Of a stretch of 64,000 bases of DNA, positions 22,204-33,117 are shown piece after piece. Both the position numbers and the translations under genes were made by a program. The DNA is taken from positions 1,024,001 through 1,088,000 of the forward strand of contig CAWHAE010000016.1 of NCBI GenBank assembly GCA_963827235.1, given 5' to 3'. Below the pieces are notes generated by a model, which searched no databases, was not told where the DNA came from, and worked only from the letters and a program-made list of their open reading frames with translations. The stretch comes from an uncultured bacterium. GTDB taxonomy: Bacteria > Chloroflexota > UBA5177 > JANWHV01. Each line of letters starts with the position of its first letter. The first letter of the stretch is position 1.

Positions 22204-25137
22204 TTACAGATATGAAGGCACTGCGAGCGTCTCGACCGCAAGCTCTGTTCGCTCCTGGTCCAGTCGCGCGCCGAGTTGCCTGTAGATGGCCGCAGCCGCC
22301 GCCAGCCGGGCACGGGCGACCTCAGGTTCAGCGCCGCACGCGTGCAACCAGCCATCGGCCTCCAGCAGGCGTGCCTCGCCGTAGGGATAGGGCAGCGTGC
22401 GCGCAAGGGTCAGTCCCTCCATCAGGGCGGACCGGGCAGCGCCCCTGGCATGCGTACTCGTGCACACGAGCGCCTGCGCATGGAGAGCGTCTATCAGGAT
22501 GAGCCGATAGCCTATGGCACGCGCCCGCGCAACCGCCGCTGCCGCCACCCTGGTGGCCTGTGCGGCAGCACCTACCTGGAGATGAGCCCATGCCAGGCTC
22601 GGCAGCAGCGCCGTGACATCAGGTTCCTCCAGTCCAGGTCGATCGACCAACGCTAGCAGCCGATCTCGCGCCGCTGCCGGGCAGCCGGCACGCAGATCGC
22701 ATGCCGCCAATAGGCCCGATGCGTAGCGTACCGCCTGCAGGTCATTGATTCGTCTGGCATCTTGCAGGGCCTCCTCGAGGAGGCGTGCAGCCCGGTCGTC
22801 ATGCCCCTCTGCCATGAAGAGGCGACCCTGGTCGATGCGCAGGTACGGCATCACCCAGGTGAAGCCGATGTGCTCATTCATCGCCGCGAATTGCGCCAAC
22901 CATGCACGCGCTTCTCTCCAGTCACCGGTGAAAAACGCGACGGAGCCAAGCGCGCTGACGACCCCGCCGGCTACCGGTGTGTCGCCCAGCCGTTCCGCGG
23001 CCTCGCGTGCGTGTCCCGCGTCCCGACGCGCCTGGTCCCAGTTGCCGCGCAGCGTATGCACCTTGGCCAGCCGCCAATACGCCATACAGAAGGCAAACAG
23101 GTCGCCGGTCGACTCGGCCAGCGGTATGACCGCATCGATCACCTGCACACCCTCGGCGACCTGTCCCATCATGATCAGCGCGCTGCCGCGCGATTCCTCG
23201 ATATCGGCGAGCAGCCTGCCGGCCCCCACCTCACGCGCCAGGGCGGCGGCCCGCGTCGCCGCGGCCAGTTGACCTCCGTAATCGCCCACTGCAAAGCACA
23301 GGTGCGCGAGCGTCATGTAGAGCGATGCCAACCCTTCCGAGGGCCCAGTCTGCTCCAGGCCGGCCAGGACCGGCCGTATCCGTGCCAATCCCTCCTCCGC
23401 CGTCGGACGACGCCGGTGCACCCGGCCGATCAGCGCAATCGCCTGCCCCAGTTGCTCCAGGGCACCGGCTGTCTGATAGACGGCCGCGGCATGCTCAAGC
23501 ACCACCAGTGCCTCATCGAAGCGCGCGACAGCCATCAACACTTCACCCAGCTGGAGCCGCGCCGCCGCGGCGTCCGCCGGCCTGACCAGGCGCTCCAGAC
23601 GGTTGATCAGCTCGTCGTAGTAGGCGATGGCGGCGTCGTGGGCATATTGCGCCCGTGCCTTGTCGGCCGCCACGGCGAGATAGGTGGTCGCACGCGCCTG
23701 GTCATCGCTTCGCGCGTAATGGTAGGCGAGGAGATCGATCTGCGGATCACCTGCCGCAATCTCCAGGGCCTGGGCGATCCGCTGATGCAGGGACGCACGC
23801 CGTCCGGCGCCCAGATCGGCCTCCACCACCTCACGTATCACGTCGTGCGCGAACTGATAGGCCTCCTCTCCTGCCTCGACCAGGAGCCGGGCGCGGCAGG
23901 CCGCGTCCAATCCTGCCAGCAGTTGCTCCTCGACGTCGCCAATCACTGCAGCCAGCACGGCGCGCGACGCCACGCGGCCTACCACCGCGGCCGCGCCGAG
24001 CACCCGCTGCGCCGGTAACGGCAGCGCGGCTACCCGCTGCCGCACGCTGGCCGCCACGTCCCAGGGCACTGCGTCTCCGGCCTGCTCCGAGTCGGGCCGC
24101 AGGCCCTGCGCACAGGTTACGATGAAGAATGGCAAGCCTCCGGCGCGCTGCAGCAGCCGTTCCCGCGTGACCTCGCCCGCCGGTTTAGTGCCGGTCATGA
24201 GCTGGTCGCACAGCTGACGTGCCTGGTCGGGTGACAGCGGCAAGACCTGCCGATGCCGGGCCAAGCCAGCGGCTGCCAGGTCGCCGGCCAGCGTCGCTAT
24301 GGGGCTGCCCGGCGGCGCCTCCGTATCCCGATAGGCCGCCACCACGCGTACCGGCTCCGGAGCACGGAGCAACATGGCCAGCAGCTCCAGCGCGTCGGCA
24401 TCGGCCCACTGGAGGTCGTCCAGCACCAGCAGGGTCCCGGCCGGGCCCGCGATGTTCGCCAGGAACCGGCGCACCGCGCTGAAAATCAGCCGGCGCTCTT
24501 GCGTGGCCGGCAGCGCCCAGGCCGGCACCGCATCGCCGAGCGTACCGGCGAGTTCGGGGAGCAGCAGCCCCAACCCTGCACAGCCATGCAACGCAGCACG
24601 CCGCTGCGCTCCGGTCAGCCTGTCGAGCCCTTGCTCCAGCACGTCGATCAACGGCGAGAACGGCACCTGTCCGTTGCGCCGCTGGCACCCCCCATCGAGC
24701 ACGCACCAGCCATACCTGCCGGCCCGCTCGATTGTTTCACTCAAGAGACGGCTCTTCCCTATCCCAGATTCGCCCGCCAACAGCAGTGCTGGAGGTCCTT
24801 CCCCGCCGAGGTGATGCGCGAAGAGCGCGAGTTCGCCATCGCGGCCGACCAGCGGGTATCCGGCGTGGCGTGCCATGCGTTCCTGCGCGGTCCGCGCCGG
24901 CGTGGGCCGGCGCGCCGCAGCGGCAAAGGATGCGCGGGCCATCGGGTCCAGTGCCAACGCCTCGGCCAGAAGCTCCACGGTCTCCTTGCGCGGCGCAAGG
25001 TTGACGGCCTGCTCGAGGGCGCTCACCGCCCGGACCGAGAGGTGGGCGCGCACCGCCAGTTCCTCCTGCGTCAGCCCTGCCGCCAGACGATAGCGCTTGA
25101 GCATCATCCCGAAGTGGACCTGCGCTTCCGCGCCCAC
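22204..25137 (-). CDS. XRE HTH + AAA/STAND ATPase + TPR transcriptional regulator
   Basis: FG.MLKRYRLAAGLTQEELA, LVGRDGEL, GESGIGKS (Walker A), LVLDDLQWAD, AGGLPFF, FAHDVIRE, Ala-rich TPR region; start uncertain (up to 25296). Confidence 0.9.
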   Translation of the reverse strand: MGAEAQVHFGMMLKRYRLAAGLTQEELAVRAHLSVRAVSALEQAVNLAPRKETVELLAEALALDPMARASFAAAARRPTPARTAQERMARHAGYPLVGRDGELALFAHHLGGEGPPALLLAGESGIGKSRLLSETIERAGRYGWCVLDGGCQRRNGQVPFSPLIDVLEQGLDRLTGAQRRAALHGCAGLGLLLPELAGTLGDAVPAWALPATQERRLIFSAVRRFLANIAGPAGTLLVLDDLQWADADALELLAMLLRAPEPVRVVAAYRDTEAPPGSPIATLAGDLAAAGLARHRQVLPLSPDQARQLCDQLMTGTKPAGEVTRERLLQRAGGLPFFIVTCAQGLRPDSEQAGDAVPWDVAASVRQRVAALPLPAQRVLGAAAVVGRVASRAVLAAVIGDVEEQLLAGLDAACRARLLVEAGEEAYQFAHDVIREVVEADLGAGRRASLHQRIAQALEIAAGDPQIDLLAYHYARSDDQARATTYLAVAADKARAQYAHDAAIAYYDELINRLERLVRPADAAAARLQLGEVLMAVARFDEALVVLEHAAAVYQTAGALEQLGQAIALIGRVHRRRPTAEEGLARIRPVLAGLEQTGPSEGLASLYMTLAHLCFAVGDYGGQLAAATRAAALAREVGAGRLLADIEESRGSALIMMGQVAEGVQVIDAVIPLAESTGDLFAFCMAYWRLAKVHTLRGNWDQARRDAGHAREAAERLGDTPVAGGVVSALGSVAFFTGDWREARAWLAQFAAMNEHIGFTWVMPYLRIDQGRLFMAEGHDDRAARLLEEALQDARRINDLQAVRYASGLLAACDLRAGCPAAARDRLLALVDRPGLEEPDVTALLPSLAWAHLQVGAAAQATRVAAAAVARARAIGYRLILIDALHAQALVCTSTHARGAARSALMEGLTLARTLPYPYGEARLLEADGWLHACGAEPEVARARLAAAAAIYRQLGARLDQERTELAVETLAVPSYL

Positions 25138-25506
25138 AGCAAGCAACCCCTCTTCAGCACGTCTACCGGTTCCAATACGGGCGCCGCCCTGCAAAGTCAG
25201 CGTACTACCTTGCGTGACAGAGGGTGCCTTTCGGCTCTGTCGAGAGATTGTGGTAGGCATTCTGCCAGTCGTTATGTCAGTAGATCCTGGCGACACCTGG
25301 CGGCGCCGAGCAGACTGTGATGGGAGGCGGCTCAGGTCGTGCTCGTCATTCGCCCTGGTTCATGATAGAGATCGCCCGGCACGATGATCTCACCGGGTGC
25401 GACGGGCCGGGTGTGCCGGAAGGGAGGGAGCCAACCGCCAAGCGACAGACAGCGACGAGCGTGTGAGCCGGTCGCCTGGGAATGGTGTGAGTGATTGGGG
25501 GAAGCG

Positions 25507-26937
25507 ATGAGCGTACAGCAGAGCATCAGGCCGGGAGCGTTGGACGAGGCAGCATATGCCGAGCTGCAGTCCTGCATGCGCGGCGTGCTGATCCGCCCGG
25601 ACGATGGCGCCTACAACGAGGCATGCCGCATCTATAACGCGATGATCGACAAGCGTCCCGCCGCTATCGCGCGCTGCGTGGACGTGGCGGACGTGATCGG
25701 CGCTGTCACCGTCGCCCGTGAGCACGGCGCCACCCTCGCCGTCCGTGGCGGCGGGCACAATGGCGGCGGGCTCGGCACCTGCGATGACGGACTGGTGATC
25801 GACCTGTCGCCGATGAAGGGCACCCGCGTCGATCCGGTGGCCCGCACCGTGCGGGTGGCGGGAGGCTGCACCTGGGGTGAGGTCGACCATGCCACGCATG
25901 CCTTCGGCCTGGCCACACCGAGCGGCATCATCTCGACTACCGGCGTCGGCGGCCTGACCCTAGGCGGCGGCCTCGGTCACCTCACGCGGGCCTGCGGCCT
26001 GGCCATCGACAATCTGTTGGAGGTGGATGTGGTCCTGGCCGATAGCAGCGTCGTGACCGCCAGCGCCGACCAGCATCCCGACCTCTTCTGGGCCGTCCGT
26101 GGCGGCGGCGGCAACTTCGGCGTCGTCACCTCCTTCCTGTTCAAGCTGCACCCCATAAGCATGGTCTATGGCGGACCCATGCTCTGGGATATGGACCGCG
26201 CCGAGGAGACGCTGCGCTGGTACCGCGACTTCATCCTCCAGGCCCCCGGCGAGATCAACGGCTTCTTCGCCTTCCTCAAGGTCCCGCCCGACCCACCATT
26301 CCCCGAGCACCTCCACGCCAGGACGATGTGCGGTATCGTCTGGTGCTACACCGGCTCGCTGGACCAGGCTGAGGAGGTCTTCGCCCCCATCCGGGGTCTG
26401 TTCGGCGGACCTGCCCTCGACTTCGTGGGGCCGCTGCCGCACCCCGCCCTGCAGAGCATGTTTGATGCGATCTATCCGCCCGGCGACCAATGGTACTGGC
26501 GGGCCGACTTCGTCAAGGAGCTGAGCGACGCGGCAATCGCCTTACACATCAAGCATGGCTCGACACTGCCAACGCTGCAGTCGACCATGCATCTGTACCC
26601 GATCAACGGGGCGGCAGGGCGGGTAGGGCGACACGACACGGCCTGGAGCTATCGTGAGGCCACCTGGGGCGAGGTCATCGTGGGCGTCGATCGGGATCCA
26701 ACCAATGCCGCGCTGCTCAGGGACTGGACGGTCGCCTACTGGGAGGCGCTGCATCCCTACTCTGCCGGCGGCGCATACGTGAACATGATGATGGATGAGG
26801 GGCAAGAGCGGGTCAGGGCAGCCTACCGCGACAATTACGATCGGTTAGTCGCGGTCAAGAACCGATACGACCCGACCAATCTGTTCCACGTCAACCAGAA
26901 CATCAGGCCATCAGTCCGAGCTGAAGTGAATCCATGA
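25507..26937 (+). CDS. FAD-binding oxidoreductase (FAD_binding_4 + BBE domain)
   Basis: RPAAIARC, VRGGGHN, GVGGLTLGGG, DLFWAVRGGGGNFGVVT, YVN...KNRYDPTNLF. Confidence 0.94.
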   Translation: MSVQQSIRPGALDEAAYAELQSCMRGVLIRPDDGAYNEACRIYNAMIDKRPAAIARCVDVADVIGAVTVAREHGATLAVRGGGHNGGGLGTCDDGLVIDLSPMKGTRVDPVARTVRVAGGCTWGEVDHATHAFGLATPSGIISTTGVGGLTLGGGLGHLTRACGLAIDNLLEVDVVLADSSVVTASADQHPDLFWAVRGGGGNFGVVTSFLFKLHPISMVYGGPMLWDMDRAEETLRWYRDFILQAPGEINGFFAFLKVPPDPPFPEHLHARTMCGIVWCYTGSLDQAEEVFAPIRGLFGGPALDFVGPLPHPALQSMFDAIYPPGDQWYWRADFVKELSDAAIALHIKHGSTLPTLQSTMHLYPINGAAGRVGRHDTAWSYREATWGEVIVGVDRDPTNAALLRDWTVAYWEALHPYSAGGAYVNMMMDEGQERVRAAYRDNYDRLVAVKNRYDPTNLFHVNQNIRPSVRAEVNP

Positions 26938-27044
26938 TGGAATCCGCAGGCGTAGAATGTACATCCCGTCGAGGCATCGGTACCGTCGCAAAACGTGTGC
27001 TACCGCGGTGGTAGCTGAGGGTGTGGCGCTAATCGGAGGGTAGA

Positions 27045-27230
27045 ATGGCTTGCGAGATGTGCTCTCGGCTCGCAGGCTGTGACCGTGTCGTCATCTCCAT
27101 GACTGAGGACGATGAAGCAGCAGGTGCAGATCGGCTCGTCCAGCGATTCGGCTGGGAAGCGCTCGTGAGAGAGGTCAGTGGCTGGAAGCCGGTGACCGCT
27201 AACCCTCCGGCTCAGGCAGCGGAAGGATGA
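27045..27230 (+). CDS. Small hypothetical protein with N-terminal CxxC
   Basis: GGAGGG RBS 4 nt before ATG; MACEMC. Confidence 0.35.
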   Translation: MACEMCSRLAGCDRVVISMTEDDEAAGADRLVQRFGWEALVREVSGWKPVTANPPAQAAEG

Positions 27231-27463
27231 ACACGTGACGCTCGTGGTTAGCCTCGCTGGCTAGGCTTAGCGCCACGCCGGTGAGGCGGTGCTGTCCCGT
27301 ATGGAGCAGCACTGCCTCGCCGGTTCAAGATGCGCATCGACGATGAGGAGCGAAGTTACGGCCGATCCTTCCGTACCTGCTCTCGGACCGCTGGCACAGT
27401 CATTGCGTACGATAATTGCCTATCGTCGGCCGGCCCCGTGGGACGGACGCCCGCGACATACGC

Positions 27464-27690
27464 TCACCAAGCGTAGGCTTCTCGACAGGCCGCAATCGGC
27501 ATGGCCAGGGCGATCACCCGCTCCAGTACCATCGCCGAACTCTCTTCCCAGGCGCCTGCGAAGGCCGATTCGCCGAGCACCACGCGTGCCGCCGCTGCGA
27601 GGTCGTCGACGGCGGCCTGGTCGATGGCCGACCTCCGGCTGCCGATCGCCGATTGCAGGCTCTGGGCAGCGCCGAGCAACGTATCTCAGG
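27464..27690 (-). pseudogene. C-terminal tail remnant of an ATPase/TPR-type regulator
   Basis: LLGAAQSL...AARVVLGESAFAGAWEES.AMVLERVIALA. Confidence 0.6.
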
Positions 27691-27984
27691 CATTCGGCGA
27701 GCCCGCTCTTAGCTCCCAGCGCATGAAGAATCCCCAGGCCCCCGGCCAGTAGTACGCCACGAAGTCGGCGCTGCGCAAGCACTCGTCAGCTTTGTCGAGC
27801 GGCCAGATCTCACGATCCTCGGCCACGTGGCATCTCCCGGTCCGCTAGCCGCTGTCGCTCGCGCGCACGGTCAGTCAGTGGACCCATGCAGGTGCAGGAT
27901 ACACGCTGGCATGTGGCAGCCTGCCCGGCCGGACGACAGGCGAGGCAGATGCGAGCTTCTCGCTTGCGCGCAGCCCCTGCCCGC

Positions 27985-28392
27985 TCACTCCGCTGGCGCT
28001 AGAGGGCACGGGTGCACCGCCGCCGAGAGCACCTCCTCCGCCAGCCGGTTCGCCGCCAGCGCCGCCGTCCATGCCTCCTGCACCATGGCCTGCGGTACTC
28101 GGGCCAGCACCAGCAAGAGTACGAGCGATGCCTGAATGGCGGCGATACTGCCGGGATCGTCGTGCGCCCGCAACTGCTGGCGCACCCAGCACAGCGCGCC
28201 TCGCCGCTCGATCCGCGTCAGCGCGTCGGCGCCGACGGCGTCGAGCAGCCGACGGAACGCCGGGTTGCCGTCGGTCCAACGCTCCCACACCGGCAGCAAG
28301 TGCTCCCGGCAGCGCAGAATGGTGACAGGCTCACCAGGACGGTCCTCGCCGTGCCCCGGCGTCGGGCAGAGTGGCTCGCCCCACACTGGCAT
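27985..28392 (-). CDS. Hypothetical protein
   Basis: AGGAGG RBS before ATG (MPVWGEPLC...). Confidence 0.45.
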   Translation of the reverse strand: MPVWGEPLCPTPGHGEDRPGEPVTILRCREHLLPVWERWTDGNPAFRRLLDAVGADALTRIERRGALCWVRQQLRAHDDPGSIAAIQASLVLLLVLARVPQAMVQEAWTAALAANRLAEEVLSAAVHPCPLAPAE

Positions 28393-28535
28393 ATCGCCTC
28401 CTACGCTGAGCCTACCACGTCCTTCACGTCGGCGCAGCCCGCACCCGAACGCCCGGCCGTGACCGGTCGCATTGTCGCGCAGCGTGCGCGGGACTATCCG
28501 GCAACAGGGACAGCCCAAACAAGGAGGACACGCCC

Positions 28536-28990
28536 ATGACAGCGGCAGACAACGCGGCAGCATACCGGCACTGGGCGACGAGGGCTGCAGCCGGGGGAAA
28601 CGTCGACCTGGCCGACCAACTGTACTCGCCCGACTACGTCACCCACTCCGTGGGGCCGGACCTCCCGCCCACGCTGGAGGGGCTGAAGATTCTTCATTCG
28701 CGCCTTGCGTCAAGGGCTGCCCGACCTACAGTGCCCCGTGGACGAGGCGGTAGCGGAGGGCGACTGTGTGGCCGGCCGATTTTCTCTTCGGGGCGCGCAC
28801 AGCGGCACCCTCTTCGGCATTCCGGCCACCGGGAGGCAGGTTGAAGTGGGCGTGATGGTCATTGCCCGATTCGATGAGGCGGGGAAGTGGGTCGAGGACT
28901 GGAACAGCTGGGACCAACTGGGTCTGCTGCAGCAGCTCGGCGTAATCCCGGCGCCGGAGCCTGAGAGAGGAGCGTCATTCATAGGATTGG
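28536..28990 (+). pseudogene. SnoaL-like ester cyclase, frameshifted
   Basis: AGGAGG RBS; GNVDLADQLYSPDYVTH; shift near 28700; AEGDCV...GIPATGRQV...WDQLGLLQQLG. Confidence 0.8.
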
Positions 28991-28992
28991 AT

Positions 28993-29305
28993 ATGCGATC
29001 AACCGACGCGAACAAGGCGCTGCTGCGCCGGGCCATCGGCTACAACCACGGTGCGGCCGTGGATGCCACCGAGATCTTCGCGTCCGACTTTGTGGTATAC
29101 ATGCCGGGCTAGCCGCCCATGGATCGCGCGGTCTTCGAGCACCTGTTGGCCGGCTTTGGCGCCGGCCTCCCGGGCTACACCTATGAGATTCACGACCAGA
29201 TCGCGCAGGGAGACATCGTCTGCAACCGCATCACCTGGCGGTGCGTTCATGGTGGCGAGTTCGCCGACGTACAGGCGACCGGCCGGCCGATCGAGCTGCG
29301 TACGA
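28993..29305 (+). pseudogene. Second SnoaL-like ester cyclase, nonsense and truncated
   Basis: STDANKALLRR...MPG*PPMDR...IHDQIAQGD...H.GEF..VQATGRPIE; TAG 29110-29112. Confidence 0.75.
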
Positions 29306-29830
29306 GACCGCGAGCAGAGCGCACGGGAAGCCGGGGCCAGCTGCTCGCTGTTTGCAAAGGAAGAGCGTGCTGTCAGCCCTGCAGCGGTCCGTGTGGTATC
29401 TGCCTTGTGGGCATGCTCGTCGGTCATCACCATGACCGCCATCTCCTCTGACGCAGTCGGCACGGCGAGCCTCCGGCCCCGCGTGCTCACGGTGCCTCTG
29501 GTCGACAGAGCGGCCTGGATTGCCTTGACGACGTGCTCTGTCTTGGCCGCTTGCCCTCGTCTCCACCCTACGACGGCCGCACAAACCGGGCCGTATACGG
29601 AAAGCGCTGCGACATGAGTCCGGCATGGACGGTGATGAAGGTCACGACTCGGAGCCCAAGCAGGAACAGGTGCCAGGATCTGGGCGGATGATGTCCGTTA
29701 TAACGGAGTGGGGTGACTGCCACCACAAAGCGGGGGAAATGGAGCACATGGTCCGACCGTACGTGCAGGGTACGCCTGCGTGCAGCGAAGTGCCTGAAGA
29801 CGCGAAATGGCTGCGAGACGCGGAAGCACC

Positions 29831-30853
29831 ATGTCGGTGAGCGCTGTAGCCTGGCTGGCTGCCTTTGCGGTGAGCCTGATTGTAGTTCTGACAGCCAGTG
29901 ACCGCCTGGTGAACGCTGTCGAAGCCGCCGGAGACCGCTACCAGTGGCCACCCGGTTTCGTTGGCTTGCTTGCCGCCGCCGGTGCTGATGGCCCAGAGGT
30001 CAGCTCAGCCCTTATCGCCCTGCTTGCCGGAGCGCACGATGTGAGCCTCGGCGTCATTGTGGGCTCGAACCTCTTCAACCTGGCCGCACTGTTGGGCCTG
30101 CCGATACTGGTAGTTGGGCACGTGGCTGTGCAGCGGTATGGCCTGCTGACGAGCGGCGGCGCCATGCTGCTGACCACGGCGCTGAGCGTCTTGCTGCTCC
30201 TGGGTGACACACCGATTCTCTTCGTGGAGGCATTGGTCGTGGCGACACTCGTGGGCTACGCAATATTGCTGGTTCGCTCGCGCGATAGAACCACGGCTGT
30301 GACGTCCCCCGTCCTGCAAGGCCTGCCGCCGGGTGAGGGTGACATTGACGTGGAGGAGCGGGCGCGTGAGCGCGAAGTGGACCGCGCGCAAGGTTTTCCA
30401 TCAGGACTTCACCTGATTTTCGAGGGGCTGCTGGCAACGGCGGTGGTCATCGGGGGCTGCGCCGTGTTGGTCAATGCCGCGCTCTTCCTCGCGAAATGGA
30501 TGGGCGTACCGCAGACGCTGACCGGCACCTTCGGGCTGGCCGCACTCACCAGCCTGCCCAATGTCTGGGTGGCATTGAGCCTGGCCCGCCGCCACCGCGG
30601 CGCGGTCCTGGTCAGCGCGGTGTGCAACAGCAACACGATCAACGCCGTCTTCGGCATCTGCCTGCTCGCGCCGTTCCGGGCGCTGCAACCCGCCGCGATC
30701 GTGCGCCATCTCGATCTGCCGGCACTGCTCGCTTTGACACTGCTCTCACTCGTCCTGATCTGGCAAGGGCGTGGTCTCGGTCGCCGTGGCGCGCTGGCGC
30801 TGGTCGTGGCCTATGGATGCTTCGTGGCCACCAGGCTCGCGCTGAGCTCGTAA
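29831..30853 (+). CDS. Sodium:calcium antiporter family membrane protein
   Basis: Two alpha-repeats (ADGPEVSS...IVGSNLFNL; LTSLPN...NSNTIN), multiple TM segments. Confidence 0.85.
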   Translation: MSVSAVAWLAAFAVSLIVVLTASDRLVNAVEAAGDRYQWPPGFVGLLAAAGADGPEVSSALIALLAGAHDVSLGVIVGSNLFNLAALLGLPILVVGHVAVQRYGLLTSGGAMLLTTALSVLLLLGDTPILFVEALVVATLVGYAILLVRSRDRTTAVTSPVLQGLPPGEGDIDVEERAREREVDRAQGFPSGLHLIFEGLLATAVVIGGCAVLVNAALFLAKWMGVPQTLTGTFGLAALTSLPNVWVALSLARRHRGAVLVSAVCNSNTINAVFGICLLAPFRALQPAAIVRHLDLPALLALTLLSLVLIWQGRGLGRRGALALVVAYGCFVATRLALSS

Positions 30854-31038
30854 CTAGCCTCGAGACGGGGAATCGGGTTCTGCCTCCATGCCAGCAGGCG
30901 TTCCGATCCCACGCGACACCGCCTGCCGGACGTCGTCACGGCGGCTCATGCGCGTTTCTGCCATCGGGCGACGAGCGCGGGCCAGCGGACCACCTCGTGC
31001 ACCCGCGAAGCAATCACAGGTGCCTGCGGTCGGTGCAG

Positions 31039-31078
31039 TCGTAAGGGAATCGTAAGACTTTCGTAAGCGCCCCGTAAC
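31039..31078 (+). promoter_or_regulatory. Four direct repeats (T/C)CGTAA(G/C) at 11-bp period, OmpR/PhoB-type binding array
   Basis: TCGTAAG at 31039, 31050 and 31061; CCGTAAC at 31072; upstream of 31233. Confidence 0.7.
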
Positions 31079-31232
31079 CCCTCTCGCGCAGGATGGAAAG
31101 TGTGGACCCGTGAGTCCGTCGTACTGTCGCGAGAGGAGGTGCCGTCGCCAAGCTTGCAGCCCGCTCGATTGGGCCGCTCGTCACGTTCATGAGTGACTCG
31201 CCACCATTGATAAAAGGAGACGTGGAGTTCTT

Positions 31233-32396
31233 ATGTCAGCTCGCGCACGTATCGTTGCAGCCCTAGGGCTGCTGTCGCTTTCGCTTGCCATACTGCTGAC
31301 CAGCGCCCATGCCGATGCCGATAGTGTTGGCATTGTCGGGCACGTCTATGTCGACGACAATACCGCCGGCATCAACACGGTTGCCGGATTCAACGAGCAT
31401 GCCGACGGCACGCTCACCACTATTCCCGGCTCGCCCTTTGCCGTGGGAGGTGCCGGAACCGGGACGGGAATCCCGTCCCAGGATGCCCTACGGCTGGCCT
31501 ACAACGGAAGCTACTTGCTCGCCGTGGATGCCGGGAGCAACCAGATCTCGGTTCTGCATATTGGATTCGACGGCAGTTTGCAGCCAGCGCCGGGCAGCCC
31601 GTTCGCGTCGGGTGGCATAGACCCGGTGAGCATCGCCGTGCATGAGCCCTGGGTGTACGTTGCCAACACTGGAACCGGCTCCAACTACAGTGGATTCGTG
31701 CTGCTCCCAACGGGCCGGTTGGTGCCGCTTCCCGGGTCGACGGTCACGGTGCCGGATGGGTCCGGACTGGGCGACGTGCTGTTCAATGGCGACGGCACGC
31801 GGCTGGTCGGCATCCGCGTCAACACGTCGCTAATCGATAGCTTTGCCGTCTTCGGCGGCCGCTTGTTTGCAGCCCCACACTCGCCATTCGCCGCCCAGGC
31901 CGCCGGCCCGTTCGGCAGCGAGTTCCGGCCAACGAATCCCTTCCAGTTGTTCGTCTCCAATGCGCACGCCGGAGCCGGTAACGGTACGGTGTCGGCGTTC
32001 AACGATGGGCTGTTTGGGGGACTCACCTCGATTGGGGCGTCACCCTTTGCCGATCAGCAAACCGCGCCCTGCTGGGTGACCATCTCCGCCGATGGCCGCT
32101 ATCTGTTCGCCGACAACACGGCGAGCGCTTCTATCTCTCGCTTTGCCATCGGGTGGGACGGCACGCTGACCCTGTTGAGCAGTACGGCACTCCGCAACGC
32201 GGCAACGGCCAAGCCGACCGAGGTTCGGCTGGATGCCCGCGGGCACTATCTCTACATGCTCGAGCCCGGAGCAGATGCAATCGGCGCCTTCCAGGTCGAC
32301 GGCGGCGCGCTCAGCGAGCTCTCCGCATCGCCGTTCGCGCTTCCCGCGGGACCCACGCCGGCCGGTCTTGCCGTGACCGGGTTCGGCAGCTTCTAA
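31233..32396 (+). CDS. Secreted lactonase-family beta-propeller protein
   Basis: AAAGGAG RBS; signal peptide ending AHA; repeated GSPF blades, AVDAGSNQIS, APCWVTISADGRYLF. Confidence 0.85.
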   Translation: MSARARIVAALGLLSLSLAILLTSAHADADSVGIVGHVYVDDNTAGINTVAGFNEHADGTLTTIPGSPFAVGGAGTGTGIPSQDALRLAYNGSYLLAVDAGSNQISVLHIGFDGSLQPAPGSPFASGGIDPVSIAVHEPWVYVANTGTGSNYSGFVLLPTGRLVPLPGSTVTVPDGSGLGDVLFNGDGTRLVGIRVNTSLIDSFAVFGGRLFAAPHSPFAAQAAGPFGSEFRPTNPFQLFVSNAHAGAGNGTVSAFNDGLFGGLTSIGASPFADQQTAPCWVTISADGRYLFADNTASASISRFAIGWDGTLTLLSSTALRNAATAKPTEVRLDARGHYLYMLEPGADAIGAFQVDGGALSELSASPFALPAGPTPAGLAVTGFGSF

Positions 32397-32640
32397 GGAG
32401 ATCGCCGTGTCGGACATTACCAAGGACCATCGGTATGATCGGCAGCTTGCCATCCCTGCAATCTGGGTGAGTCCGGCGCCCTACGTTCTCGTCATGCGCT
32501 GCGGAGCCGGCTGCAGCCTTGCCGGCTCCGCAGCGGTCGTCGGTACTGCTCGATCACTGTGTACGCGTCCAGTCAGTGCGGCGTGCCTGGTGCCACGCGC
32601 GTGGGCATCTGGCTACGCAAACAAGTAAGGGAGTAGTTGA

Positions 32641-33117
32641 ATGTCGCATCTATCACGCATCCGCTCGCTTGCCGCCTCGGGTCTGGTCCTGGGTTTTCTG
32701 GCCACTACCGGCTGGGCCATGGCCGCACCGATGAGCCACATGTATGCGCTCTACGGAAGCGGGCAGTTCAGCACGGCTATGGCATCCGCGACCATATCCC
32801 AGATCTCCATTGGCGACTTCAAGGTAAGCGTCGTGGCAGAGCACTTGCCCAGTCCCGCCGCGCTGCACGTCATGCCCGCCCGCCACGTCTATGTCGCCTG
32901 GTTGATCAACGGCATGGCGAAGAAGAACAGCATGGCGGCGATGGCTCACCTCGCCCTCATGTATGACAAGAAGACCGGCAACTACATTGCGAGCGGCACT
33001 GTAATGATTGACGAAGTGAGCAGCGTGTTCGTCACCGCGGAGCCGAGCGGCATGGTGCATGCGCCAGCCATGCCCGAGGTGACCGCACTCTCCAGTATGA
33101 GACACGGCAGCATGTAG
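32641..33117 (+). CDS. Secreted Met/His-rich protein, RskA C-terminal-like
   Basis: AAGGGAG RBS; signal peptide; LP...YVAWLI...VFVTAEPSG pattern. Confidence 0.65.
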   Translation: MSHLSRIRSLAASGLVLGFLATTGWAMAAPMSHMYALYGSGQFSTAMASATISQISIGDFKVSVVAEHLPSPAALHVMPARHVYVAWLINGMAKKNSMAAMAHLALMYDKKTGNYIASGTVMIDEVSSVFVTAEPSGMVHAPAMPEVTALSSMRHGSM

